The position numbers and the translations under genes are program-made. A DNA stretch of 64,000 nt, taken from the NCBI GenBank assembly GCA_951406725.2, contig OX597820.1, positions 35,960,001-36,024,000 on the forward strand, read 5' to 3'. The notes below the pieces were generated by a model. That model was not told the DNA's origin, did not search any database, and saw only the letters and a program-made list of their open reading frames with translations. Positions within the stretch are counted from its first letter, which is position 1, and each line of letters begins with the position of its first letter. Shown one piece after another: positions 25,018 through 39,000 of this stretch. This DNA is from Octopus vulgaris. Lineage: Eukaryota.

Positions 25018-26677
25018 GCACATACATATATGTTATGTATATATATGCATATGTACATATGTATATATTCATGCACATGCATACACTCTCTCTCCCTCCC
25101 TCTCTCTCTCACACACAAAATAACATGTACTTTATTATGTTAGATGCCAGTATTGCTACATCAACCAAAGAGACTGACCACTGTGTGCCAAATCACCAAG
25201 ACTCCCTTACGGAAGAACCATCAGATACTTCGGACTATGACAGGAACTTGATCGACATGGCTAAGAAGACTGTTAGCAACAGTAACCCATCCCAGGTGAG
25301 CCTCTCTCCACTTCTTTCTCATATAAAGCCAATATAGAACATTAGAGAAAAACCACTATTATGCAATTCAAACAATGATAGACATAAACCAAATCATAAA
25401 TAAAAAATAAAATATATTTTAAAACATATTGATGATGATGATGATGATGATGAACTAGATAAAAAAAAAGTACAAAAATGAATAAACAATATATAATAAG
25501 TAAAAATATTGTTTATTCATTTTTGTACTTTTTGTGATCTAGTTGTATGTTTTAAAATAAATTTTATTTATGATTTGGTTTATGTCTATCATTGTTTGGA
25601 TTGCATAATAGTGGTTTTTCTCTAATTTATATATATTATATATTTATATTGTGAAATTTGATTTAATACTTAATTGAATTTTTCCCTGTAAGTTTTGGAG
25701 TTATACTCCCTAATATTATTATTTTATATATATATATATATACTGTTGTATTTCGGAATGGTCATTTTGCCAGTTTAGCCAATAAAAACACATGCACTAT
25801 ATATTTGGTGTTACTTTGCTTCAGTGTTATTTATTTTTTACATTAATCTTAATCTTATTTCGGCCAGAGTTCTTTCGTCACACTCCTGTGACCACATCAG
25901 TCATTTGAAGGCTAAAACAATGTGTAGCAACATCTGATAGCCTGGTCGGTCTCATGATCATGTGATATTTTCTTTAATAATGAGGAAGTCAAAAATTTAA
26001 ATATTAGATATGTAACTAGCCAAGTCCTTCAATGTTTTCTGTCTCATTTCAAATAATGGTGAGTGGAAGAATGAATATGCAAGTAATTGAAAAAATTCTG
26101 TGTATATTTTAAATCTCACCTACTGAAGAGGACAAATTTGAGCTTTATGATGTTCTATTTATGATAATCTTGGTCCTTTTGTCTGAAACAATTGTATGAG
26201 AATATGAAATATGAAATAAAAACTTAATCTGTTTTTTACATCCAATCTGATTCATTTTATTTGATGAAATTTATTAAACTTTGGTTAAAAAATAACTTTA
26301 ATATTGATTTATTTCTTTATGTGTATATATATGGCGTTAGGAAGGGCATCCAGCCGTAGAAACACTGCCAGATTTGACTGGGCCTGATGAAGCCTTCTGG
26401 CTTCACAGACCCCAGTAGAACCGTCCAACCCATGCTAGCATGGAAAACGGACGCTAAACGATGATGATGATGATATATATATATATATATATATATATGA
26501 TAGATCGTTAGCCACTACACACATTTTTTTCTCTCCTTGTTTTTTCTGTGTACCTTTCTGTAGAAGAGCGTAGGCTCGAAACTTTAAAAAATTTTTTCTA
26601 TTCCTGAGCATTATACTAATACATCTGTTTGTTTTGTACACCACCTGTCTTCATCTTTTGTTTTTTTCGTAAACTTT

Positions 26678-26733
<56 letters not shown>

Positions 26734-29700
26734 TCACACACACACACATATTTATATTCCCAGTTATTCCCAGCAACTTCTTGCTGTTGACACTACCAAA
26801 AGTTAACAATATTATCTTTAAAGGCATGAGATTGTAAGGTTTTTGGGAACTGACAAGGAAAGAGCAGCATCAATGTCTTGTGGGTCAATCTTCCATTTGT
26901 TCCTTTGTTGTGTTTCTGTTTAAGTTTTAGAACTTATACCCACACACACAACAAACTTCTTTCAATTTTCATCTACCAGTTTCACTTGCAAATTACTAAT
27001 CAAGCCATGACTAATGTTGAAGACACCAGCCTATAATAAATCACCTCCATCAGATTTAAACACTTGTAGAATTCATTGAATTAAATATGTACTTTTATTA
27101 TTCTCAGGAGAGGCTCTCAGAAAGTTCCAGTTCTTCAGAAGAGGTAGAACGAGTCCAACGGGACCGCAGATCTCGTCTCTTGAGAAAGCGGAAACTGCAG
27201 AAACTGGCTCGGCAGTCAAGTGAGTATTTTGCATCAGACATCTCAGAAATCACCATGGTCATCAACAACACCATCGTCATTATAATTATCATCATCATCA
27301 TCGTCTTTATAACCATTGTTACCAACGTTTTACTAACACCATAAGCAGCAGCAACAGCAGCAGAATCAACATGCTACACAGTTTAATTAATCCTTGTTGA
27401 CCGGTAGCCACATCAATGGGACTATAGGAGGGGAGCTTTCTTACTCACTGTGCTATGAACATTTGCTATTTATCCCTCTGCCTTGCATTGTTGTTGGGGT
27501 GGAAATGAGAGTTGCAAGCCTGGTCAAGTGGTAATGGAATTTGACTATCAATACATAGGTCTTGATTTCAAACCCATTGCTGATATTTCATTGCTTACTT
27601 GAACTGAACACTTCATTTTACAACATTGCTTGTTTCCCAGTGTATCAAAAAATAATTATTAAAATTAAAAATTAAATCAAAGAAGTTGATCACTGAGAGA
27701 CACCATCTGCATGAAAAACAATAGTTAAGTTACTACATTTGTTAATATAGTAAGCCTTAACAATAAAAAATTTAGTCAAAAATAATAATTACTTGATGAA
27801 AAAAAGACAGCATTAGCTCATTGAGTTTTATTAGTGATTAAGTAATACTGCCTTTTCCTTATTGCATAATTATTCTAAATTACACTTTTTTAATTTTTTT
27901 CTGTATAAAAATATATTAAATTTAACTTAGCTATTGTTTACCTGGGTCTCAGACAAACTTCTGGTAATATTTCCAGAAATAAATAAACTTTCTGTCCTAT
28001 AGGACTTCTGTCTTTCTTTTGGTAAAAGCCATGAAGAACCAATCTTTTGGAGTCATTAAATTTTTTTTGTTTTGTTCTAAATCCATTTGATACCAACCTG
28101 TCTGGGACTGTCCTGGTTCTGTAATACCATCTTATTGTTGTAAAATAAACTAAAGTAACCCTTTAACAGGTCAACCTGCCATATCAGGCCAAACAAAATA
28201 TTTTACCTGTTTTATATTCAAACTGACCAGATCCGGCCTCTCAGACTTATTCCTCAATGTTATTCTAGTCATTCTAAAAATAAGGAATCGCCTCATCAAA
28301 GTCTCAAAGCTATGAGATAACACATGATTAATTCCAACCAATATGAATAGAATTACATTTGACAGAGTAATCTGAATGTTAAAGGGTTAAAACCCTTTTC
28401 CATCAAAAAATTATGTTCATTTACATTCCAAATACTGAGACCCTTTCGGTCATGACACAGACCATGGGATTGCACCTAGAAAGTTACCCTCCCAGGCACA
28501 AGTCTGGGCAAGGTTGTTTATGGAAGACCAGCAGTCGCCCATGCATACCAGCCTCCCCTCTCCATGCCACCAATGTTTTCCAAGGGAAAGGCTAAGGCTG
28601 ATACGGCTTGGCACCTGTGACGTCGCAATTCATTTGTACAGCTAAGTGAACTGGAGGAACGTGAAATAAATTGTCTTGCTCAAGAACACAACACACAGCC
28701 TGGTCCGGGATTCGAGCTCACAACCTCACGATTGTAAGTTCGACGCTCTAACCACTGAGCCATGCGCCTTCACTTAGCTATGCGCATTCCAAATATTAGA
28801 TTAATAATAATAACAAAGTTATTTCACTAAATTCATCTTTATTTTCAAAATTGATTGAAGCAGTTTTAGTTTAGTTTGGCTGTCTTCTCGAATGCTTCAA
28901 TGATTTCATGCAAGCATGCCATCTCTCATGGTTCCTCGTGCATGTTGTTAAATTTCAACATTTGTGATTCCACTGTCTTGAAGCAAGTTGTCCACATAGG
29001 TTAGACATTTTCTTTTCCTGTTGTCTCTTCCTTCAACTGACTGCCATAAGACCAGTTGACACACAGGTTCTTCTGAGTGCCTGATGCAATGACCAGACAT
29101 TCTCATTCTTCTCTGCTGAATATTCTGTCACTTTGAGCAGATCTTGATTAAGCTGCTTGTTGGTTAAATGAGTTCTCCATGTAACTTTCTTGTGTAGCAG
29201 CCATCTATTTGGTTTTCACACCTTTTGGTAACGGACCAAGTTTCAGCACCATATAACAAAACTGACTCTACCATGGAAACAAACAATCTAATTTTCAATT
29301 TACCATATTTCTGATGAAATATGTTGCATTTGCTTCAATTGTACAAATTGTGTAAAATCTGGAGTTCTAACATGGCATGGAAATTGGAAGAAAGTGAAAG
29401 ATACTCTTACCCACTTTCTTCCTAACAACTTTGGTCTTCGTTAGGTTAACGTTTGATTCCAGGTTTTGCTTCCATACCTGGAATTTCTTCTCTAATTCTG
29501 CAATAAGGCTAAATACTTCTCCTGCAGCTGTTTCTCTAGGAAGATGGCTTCTGTGGTTTTCTTCCCAAGCACAGAAGCATCTCATCTAGTTTAATTCTAT
29601 TCCTATCCAGTTGCGCTATAATTCTCTGTAACTTTTATGACCTGGTCCAGCAGTTTGATGCCTTTGTAATTGTTTCTATCTAAGGCATCACCTTATAGCA

Positions 29701-30349
29701 GCTAACTATAATACTACTACACCAGTTGTTGGAGATGACACCTTCCTGGATAACCTGATTATCTATAGTAGTGACTTAGCCATTTCCTGCTCTGCCAGGT
29801 ATTTTAAGCATCTCCCAGGGGCTTTCCCTGTCTTCATATCTTTAATTGCCTTTTCTATTATGCTGCTATCAACTCTGATGGCTAGTTCCTCAGATGGTTC
29901 TATACCTGAAAGGCTCTCCTTCTGTACATTCTCACAGTTGGTAACCTTTCATAGTGACACTTTTATACATCTTTCTTCACTGAATCACTAATTGCAAGCA
30001 TACTATTGTCCATTCACATATATTTCTTACCCATCACATCTCTATTCTCTCTGATACACTGCTTTACAACCCTGAACATCTCACACCTCTGATCCTCATG
30101 TTGTAGAACATTGGCAAATCTTTTACCTTCTGCTATTCCTTTTGCTATGTAAACCTGTCACCTAGCTTCTCTTCATGCTACCTGATATAATTCTCTACTT
30201 CCACTATTTTTCCAGTCCTGCCTCTTTGCTGTAGAAATACGATTTGATTTTCATGACCTTGTGTCAGTAGTCCAACACCTTAACTTAGCTTACACCCAGT
30301 GTATCTTTGTTTTAAATTTTAAATATGTATATGTATGTGTGTGTGTGTG

Positions 30350-30386
<37 letters not shown>

Positions 30387-30795
30387 ATATATATATCTTT
30401 AAACGGCAAAATGTCTGCGTGCATGTCCTTTATGCATATCCACAATTTTTCAGTTAGAGGGCTCGCACTTTCTATGGTCATTCAAAACCGTCCAAGGGTG
30501 GTCGTGCACATCTTTAAATTTCCCCAGTCACCCCGCAAAGCCATTAAAAAATCAGTAGAAGTAACTTTTTGTGAATTTTCTTCCCAAAACCCAATCAAAA
30601 TGCCGGAAACTTCATACACCAATTGAATGCCAGCTAGCTGTATGTGATTGGTCGGAGATTTGGACAGTACTCGCATGTATGTGTGCACGCACGCAGCTGT
30701 ATATGCAATGCCGGGTCATAGTGCTAGTATATATATATATATATATATACATATAGTATGCCCCAGCCTCAAGGTTGAAACATATAAAAGAATAA

Positions 30796-30837
<42 letters not shown>

Positions 30838-32069
30838 CATATACATACACAGGCTGCCCTGAAATTAAGGCAGCCAAAGTTTGGGGCTTCAATAAATGTG
30901 ATGAGATATGAAAAATATGCATCATTATAAAAGCTTAGTGTGTCTTTTTGTTTCAGACTAAATAAGTTCAGTATTATAAATTAGATAATGGCTATAGACC
31001 AAGATACATTCATAACCTTCCACAAAGGAGGTGAAAGTAATACAGCTACAGCAAAAAAAGCTTAAAATTAACTGAACAACAGTCTGGAAAATTGTCAAGA
31101 AATTTCAAGAGCCTGGTTCCCAGTGATTCTGGAAGCTGAATGGCTTTCATGGGCAAATGAGCACTTTCAAGGTGCATCTTGGAGCTTCTAACAAGACTCA
31201 GCACCATCCCACAGCTCCAAAGAGACACAACACTAGATTCAGCAAAACATTCCATCGTTCATAAGCAAGGACGTATGGTCCGCAAGAAGCCCCAATCTTA
31301 ACCCGTTGGATTTTTCTGCCCAGTCCACTCCTCATGTTTCACTTGATACTCTGAAAGCAAGACTGCACCAGGAATGGACTTCAATTCCACAAGAACAGCT
31401 GCATGCCACATCTGAAGCATTCGCACCTAGACTTAAGGCTGTAATTCAAAACAGAAGTCATCATATTGAATAAATGTGATAGTGTCATAACTGAATCTCC
31501 TTTAACATTGCATCGCAACGCTCAGACCCAAAATGTAACAATATTTTGCTTTAGCAGTGAGCTGGCAGAAACGTTAGCACGCCAGGCAAAATGCTTAGCG
31601 GTTTTTCGTCTGTCTTTACGTTCTGAGTTCAAATTCCACTGCGGTTGAGTTTGCCTTTCATCCTTTCAGACTTGATTAAATCAATACCAGTTATGCACTG
31701 CAGTCAATGTAATCGACTTAATCCTCTTGTCTATCCCCTCTATGTTTGGCCTCCCTGTGGGCAATAGATAAATAAATATTTTGCTTTAGCAAAATTGAAA
31801 AAAGTTAGTTACCTTAATTTCGGGACACCCTGTGTATACATACAGTTGTGGCTAAAAGTTTGGAGCATCTTTTTTAAACCAAAATTGTTATGCTCAAGTA
31901 CTATTCAATTCAACTATTTAATATAATAATTAATAATATAAAATTGCTAATTTTCAGACCTATCTTCTAAACTTTGGCCAAGTAATATATTGCAAATTAA
32001 ATATAACTTTCGGCATTTAATATAAAAATTCTAATTTTCAGACCTGTGTTACAAACTTTTGGCCATGAC

Positions 32070-32124
<55 letters not shown>

Positions 32125-32935
32125 CAGAGTAAGTACATAAATGTGAAACAAGATGGAAAAAAATAGTATTCTAACGCTGGAGGTAGAGTATATATATATA
32201 CACATATATAACTATAAATAAAGGTGTCTGAGAGACACCACCTAAAATGTTCATATCGCACCACGAGATAAGACAGAGAGACAAAATAAACTGGCAAAAA
32301 GATATTAATGGACTTTTTGTCAGTTTATTTTGTCTCTCTGTCTTATCTCGTGGTGCGATATGAACATTTTAGGTGGTTTTTAGAGTCAGAGTTTGACTGC
32401 TATTTCGGCATATGGTGGTGTCTCTCAGACACCCTCATTTATAGTTGTAAAAATTATTACCTTTGTATGGTATTTATTCCCATGCTGGTCACTTGATAAT
32501 ATCGATATTATCCTTATTTATAAATATACATATACATATATATATGTGGCACTCCATCAGTTATGATGATGAGGGTTCCAGTTGATCCGATCAATGGAAC
32601 AGCCTGGTTATAAAATTAATGTGCAAGTGGCTGAGCACTCTACAGACACATGTACTGTTAACGTAGTTCTCTGGGGTGGTTCAGCATGACACTGGCCCTT
32701 TGAAATACAGGTACAACAGAAACAGGAAGAAAGAGTGAGAGAAAATTGTGGTGAAAGATCACAGCAGGGTTCACCACCATCCCCTGCCAGAGCCTCATGG
32801 AACTTTGGGTGTTTTCGCTCAATAAATACTTACAATGCCCAGTCTGGGAATCAAAACCACAATCCTACAGCTGTGAGTCCACTGCCCAAACCACTGGGCC
32901 ATTGTGCTTCCACGCAATATATATATATATATAAC

Positions 32936-32972
<37 letters not shown>

Positions 32973-32986
32973 TCATCATCATCATC

Positions 32987-33025
<39 letters not shown>

Positions 33026-36000
33026 TGGTGCATAATTACTGCAGCTTTCTTTCAACAAATTTTATTCAACAAAAACTATAACAGCATGTAACAAAAAAAC
33101 ATCTTTAAATGATTATTCCAGAGCATATTCACCATCTACTTCAATAACTGCTTCCCATTTGCTTGGCAGACGGTCAGACCGTCATCAAAGATGTTTTTGT
33201 TGAAAAAAAGCCGCAATAATTATGCACCAACCCAATATATATATATATATATATTTATAAATCCATTTAGTGTTAACTGTTGAATAAATAAAAGTGTAAT
33301 CAGTACCATAGTAGAGATTAATAATATATTTTGGGCCAAATTAGTCTCTTGCTACACCGAATTTCACTTGTAGGTGCACAGAAAGATCCTATGCACCTAC
33401 TTACAGATGACATTCTCAGTAGCAAGTGACTGGCTTGACCCAAGGGTAGTAGAATAATAGAAGGTTATCAGAGAAAGTAGTGTTCATATGTGAAAGATGC
33501 ACACAAGCCATAAAAACTCCAGATACTCAGGAAATTGATTTTCTCAAATGCCCAGGAGGCTCTTTAGAGGTAGTAAATAATTACTGCTACCTAAGGGACT
33601 GAATTAGTAGTGTAGTGAGGATGTACGGAAAGTGTAATAACTAGAATAAGAATTGGATGGAGAAAATCCAGGAAGTTTTTACCTCTGTTGGCAACCAAAG
33701 GTCTCTCCGAGTGAAAGGAAAATTGTATGATGCATGTATATGAACAACAATTCTGCATGGTAGTGAGATGTGGGCCCTGAATGCAGTGGACATGTGAAGG
33801 CTAGAGAGCAATGAGGCTAGTATATTCTGCTGGATGTGTAATGTAAGCACTCTGTTCATGTGCAACAGAGTGCTTTTATGTTGAGAGAAAAGTTTGGCAT
33901 AAGAGGAATTAGATGCCGTATGCAAGAGAAAAGACTGCACTGGTTTGGTCATGTGATGTGGATGGATGTCAACAGCTCCATAAAGAAGTACCGATCACTC
34001 AAATGGATGGAACTTGTGGAAAAGGGAGACCCAGGAAGACATGGGACAAAATACGGAAGAATGATCTCAGGACACTGAACCTTATGGAGGAGATGACAAA
34101 GGACCAAGATATCTGGTGCCTTGCTGTACTCAAGAAGACCTATCCTCCACAGCAGAAATGTTTATGTCACTCCCCCTCCTGAAGAGGATTGGCCTGCAAG
34201 AGCCCTGTGTCATTTCCACATAAAAAAAACTCTTGTGTCAGCACTATGTAAAAGTGTTTGTGCTTGTGCCATGTAAAAATCACCCAGCATACTTTGTAAA
34301 GTTGTTGGTATTAGGAAGGGCATCCAGCTGTAGAAACCAAGCCAGAATAGACTGGAATTTGGTGCAGCTCTCCAGCTTGAAGTCTACTTCTCCAGACCTG
34401 AAATGAGGCAGACAGAATTCATTGAAGCAGATTTTTATGACCCTTCTTATAGCCAACTTTCACCTTTTGCCCTGTTTCCAAGCCAAGATAATATTTCCCC
34501 ATGGTTAGAAATGCTTTTCATGGAAGATTGGACATCACTATATCATGCTGACACTCATTTACAATCATCGCTTGTCAGAACAAGGGGATTGGTGACCAGT
34601 CACAAACACAAAATGTCATTGTCAAAAGTATGAATTTTACATCATGTACTGTAATTTTCTTGTCTGAAATATGAACAATTACACAGTCTATCTGAAATAG
34701 AACAAATGTGAAATATAGTACTTATATAACATAGTTTATGTTAAATTTATGCTTTCATACTTTATTTCAGTGTATTGTTACTGCATTATTTTCGCATTCA
34801 CATAAGGCAGCAAGCCAGCGGAATAATTAGCACACTGGACAAAATGCTTTGTGGTATTTCACTCATCGTTACGTTCTGAGTTCAAATTATGCCAAGTTCA
34901 GATTTGCTTTTCATCCTTTCAGAGTCAATTGAGCACTGGGGTTGATGTAATCAACTTATCCCTACCTCCCCCAAGCTCCCCTTGTGGCAAAAATTTGAAA
35001 TATTTCCCCTACAAAATTTCTTTAAAATATCTTTCAGTAAGTGTATGATGGAAGATACTAAGTTTGTTTTGTACTCAAAATACACTTTTGAAATAGAGTT
35101 GTGTCTTATACACTAACAAATACATTACTTTTTTTTTTTTTGCTTATTTATGAAGTTATTAAAATTTTTAATCTTAGGTAATTATGCATAGCACCATTTC
35201 TTTCTTTTAGAAATCATCAGCATGACATAACTCAAGGTATCTAAATTAAACATTTTATGGAGCAAGACATTTCTTATAGATAGAAAATAATTAGTCTAGA
35301 AGAAATTGACTGGAATGTGTTTTTCCCTTTCTATTTTTTCTTGTCTTTTTCTTCATGGAATATCAATACTTTAGCAATCAAGAGAGAAAAGAGAAAAAAT
35401 TCTTAGTGTCTATATAGAGAGTAACTATTTGTAGGGAGTTCTACCTTGTGAAGGTGTTCTTTTAGTAGCTAATATTTTAGTTTTAACTTCAAACAAAATT
35501 TATAAGCCGTTACTGATATCTTTGAGGTGCAGATATTCAATTCAAACTGCTACTACATAGTAGTAATCCCTTGTTATGTTGTAGAAGAGATATCTCTTTG
35601 TAGACATAACACCTCAGCTTACAGTTTACAGTTTGAATAGATCTTTGTGATTCTCAGCCGGAGTATTTCAAGTACATGGAGTCCCACAGAAAACAATTAG
35701 TAGGAGGATGATAATCATTTCTTTGTAATATTTGGCAAGATTACAAGTTTGAATTTGAAATTTAGGAATAAGGAAGAAGTTGCATAGAATATACATTTTT
35801 TTCTTTTCTCTTTTATGAATATGAAGTTCTTGAAATTTCTAATTTTAGGAAATGGACTTACTAGATATGTCTAATATATACTTTACATGAAGATGTATGG
35901 TCTAATGATTATGATGTTACACTCATAATCACAATATCATAGTTTTGATTCCTGTACCAAGTGGTGAATTTTGTCCTTGAGCAATACACTTCATTTCACA

Positions 36001-39000
36001 TTGCTCCAGTATGTAGCTGTATCTCCTTGTTCTGACATGTGATGATTGTAAATGAGTGTCAGCATGATACAGTGATGTCCAATCTTCCATGAAAAGCATT
36101 TCTAACCATGGGGAAATATTATCTTGGCTTGGAAACAGGGCAACAGGTGAAGGTTGGTGAATGAAATGTATATCACCATTTCATTCTTTATAGAAATCAT
36201 CATCATGACAAAATGCAAGGTATATAAATTAAATATTTTATGAAACGAAAAATTTCCTAAAGATGGAAAATAATTATGGTCTAAAAGAAATTCACAGAAT
36301 GTGTTTTTTCCTGTTACCTTTTTCTTTTATTTTTCTTCATAAAGCTTTAGTTGGAGAAAATTCTTAGTGTCTACATAGAGAGTAACTTCTTCCAGGGAGT
36401 TCTACCTTGTGAAGGTATTCTTAGAGTAGCTAATATTTTAGTTTTAACTATGAATAAAATTCACAAGCCATTGTACAAGAGATCTTCATAAATTAGCCAA
36501 AACTCTTCCTAAATTAACATAAAATCTTCATAAATGCACACAAAAAAAACTGGTTCTGATATCTTTCCTGGAACTTCTATTCAGATGTATCGGCATCAAC
36601 TTCAGGAGGTGAGTCTTTGGCAAACACTTCATCATCTGAACACAGGAAGCGAGCATCATTGACAAACTTTGTACTCAATGAGGAAACGGACAATTCTTAC
36701 CATCAAGGAAAAAGTAAGTGATTATTGACATCTTCTTCACTATTTTCTTTATTCTTTTCCTGGTCTTACCTGTTGGTTTGCAGCCTTGCTGGGTCACTCT
36801 TTTAAAAAGTTTTAGTTAATATGTTGACATTAGTATGTATTTTAGTCTGCTTGCTTGATGTTTTAACAATTGTCTAAAGTTATAAAGCTTGATGCCTCCA
36901 TACACTTTGAGATGCACACTCACACACACATACATGCATGCATTTATTAGATATGTCTAATATATACTTTACATGAAGATGCATGGCCTAATGGTTATGA
37001 TGTTACACTCTCAATCACAATATCATAGTTTCAATTCCTGTACCAAGTGGTGAATTTTGTTCTTGAGCAATACACTTCATTTCACATTGCTCCAGTTCAC
37101 TCAGTTGTAAATGAGTTATTCTGTGATAGACTAGCGTCCTATCCCTTAGGAATGTTGTGATCTCAATCACTTATACGCCATGGAAGACAAGTAACCAGCC
37201 CTGTGAGTCCTAAGACTTGAAATCATGTGTAGGAGTTGATGATGATGATGATTATGAATATATTCTTTGGTGGTATGGCTAAGTGAAGAACCATGGTAGG
37301 TAGTATGGCAAAACAAAGGACTGCAGTATGTCACATGGCACAGTCTGTCTGTCTAGGAGGACAGCAACTCCAAAGAAGAACTGATACCAGGTAGAGATGT
37401 CTCTTCAGTTTTGCTTTGATGGAACCAACCTTTTTTAGTGCTAATGGTTATAAGATGCACCCTGTACATTCTGAAAGTAGTTAGTGATAGGATAAATATC
37501 CAGCCTTTGAAATCATGCTAAAAATGTAATGTACAAGCAAGATGTGGATGCAGCATGACAAGTTCTTTATTATGATGATGAAGAGATAAAAAAAAGGAAA
37601 AGATAGAAAGTTATAACAGTCTGAAACCTAGTGTCAAAGAGGAGAGCAAGTTTGACAAATAAAAAGCCAAGTTTTGATAAATAACCAAAAATAGTTGGGA
37701 AGGACAGTCAAAATACCTTTGGAAGAACTTGGTAAGAAATGTGATATAATGCAGTAATCATTGTAGATGGTTCAAGTGAATTTGTCAAAAGTATTTTAAC
37801 TAAGTAGAGGGGAAAGAAAAACAAGTATGTTTAAAGTTATTTTAATGCTTCTAAAAATATTTCCCTTTGGAGAGAAAAAATTATATTTTGATAAAATTGT
37901 CCTAGTTTGGCTCTCACTGGAAAATGCTAGAGAAAATAATGCAAAGGATTGATAGTTAAGATGTTTTTATTTATGTTTGTTTCTTTGAAATAAACAAATT
38001 ATTTGCTTATTCATGCTGATGTCTGCCAGATTGACAGTAAATTTATCATCATCATATATTGTATGCTTTCACAACACATTAATAACTCTATAACAAAAGC
38101 CTGTCTGATCAAGAGTGGGTTCTCCCCTCAGATGAAGGCATAGCATTACTTCATTCTGACTTTCTCATATTTTTTTCTTAGCAGAGATATTGGGGTAATT
38201 TGCCATTGCCTTCCCCAACTGGATGACTTTTGGCCCACAAAGACAGTAAATTAATTTGGGCTAAAAAAAATCCTAAAACATGAAGAACCTCTTGCAGCCA
38301 CACCACTGTTTGAGATAAAGTTTTAGGTGTCTACATGTAGCTTTTCGTCTATGTCACAACACTTAACTTATATTTACATTTCAAGTCTGTTTAGCTCTAC
38401 TTGATCTATGTTGCTTTGCTTGGTTTGTGTCTACATTTAGTTTCTGTGACTATATTTGATCTGTGTTAATCTATTTGAGTTTTACCTATATTTAATTTAT
38501 ATGTCCATGTTTGGTACATGTGGTTTTATTTGGGTTGTGCAACTACATGGTTGGCTTCTGCAACAAGTGCATTTGCCTTGTTCAGCAAGTGCAGCTGACT
38601 TATGCAACAAATGCAGCTGCCTTCTGCAACAAGTGCAGCTTGCTTTTAATGTGTGGCTAGTTTCTATAAGTGAAGCTGGCTTATTCAAGAAATGCATTTG
38701 GCTTCAACATGCAGCTGAATGACAACAGATGCACCTGGTTTGAACAAGCGCAATTGTCTTCCACAATGTGCATTTGGCTTCTACAAATGCAGTTGGTTTC
38801 TTAAAGTGCTGTTGGCTTCTACAACAAATGTAACTTACTTCTATTAAGAATGCAGCTCACTTTTAAAACATAGGCAACTGGCTTCTACACCAAGTGAGCA
38901 GATAGCCACGAGTTCACACTGCCTCACAGCCAGATTTTATGAATATCAGACGTTATAAATATAATGAGCTCATGTAATTCATTATCAGTCTTGCTATGGC

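Noticed and set aside
37560-37735. Lys/Glu-rich-looking purine stretch ending TTG|GTAAG as a possible exon
   Set aside because: I found no clean acceptor or convincing open frame, and the gene model is in phase without it
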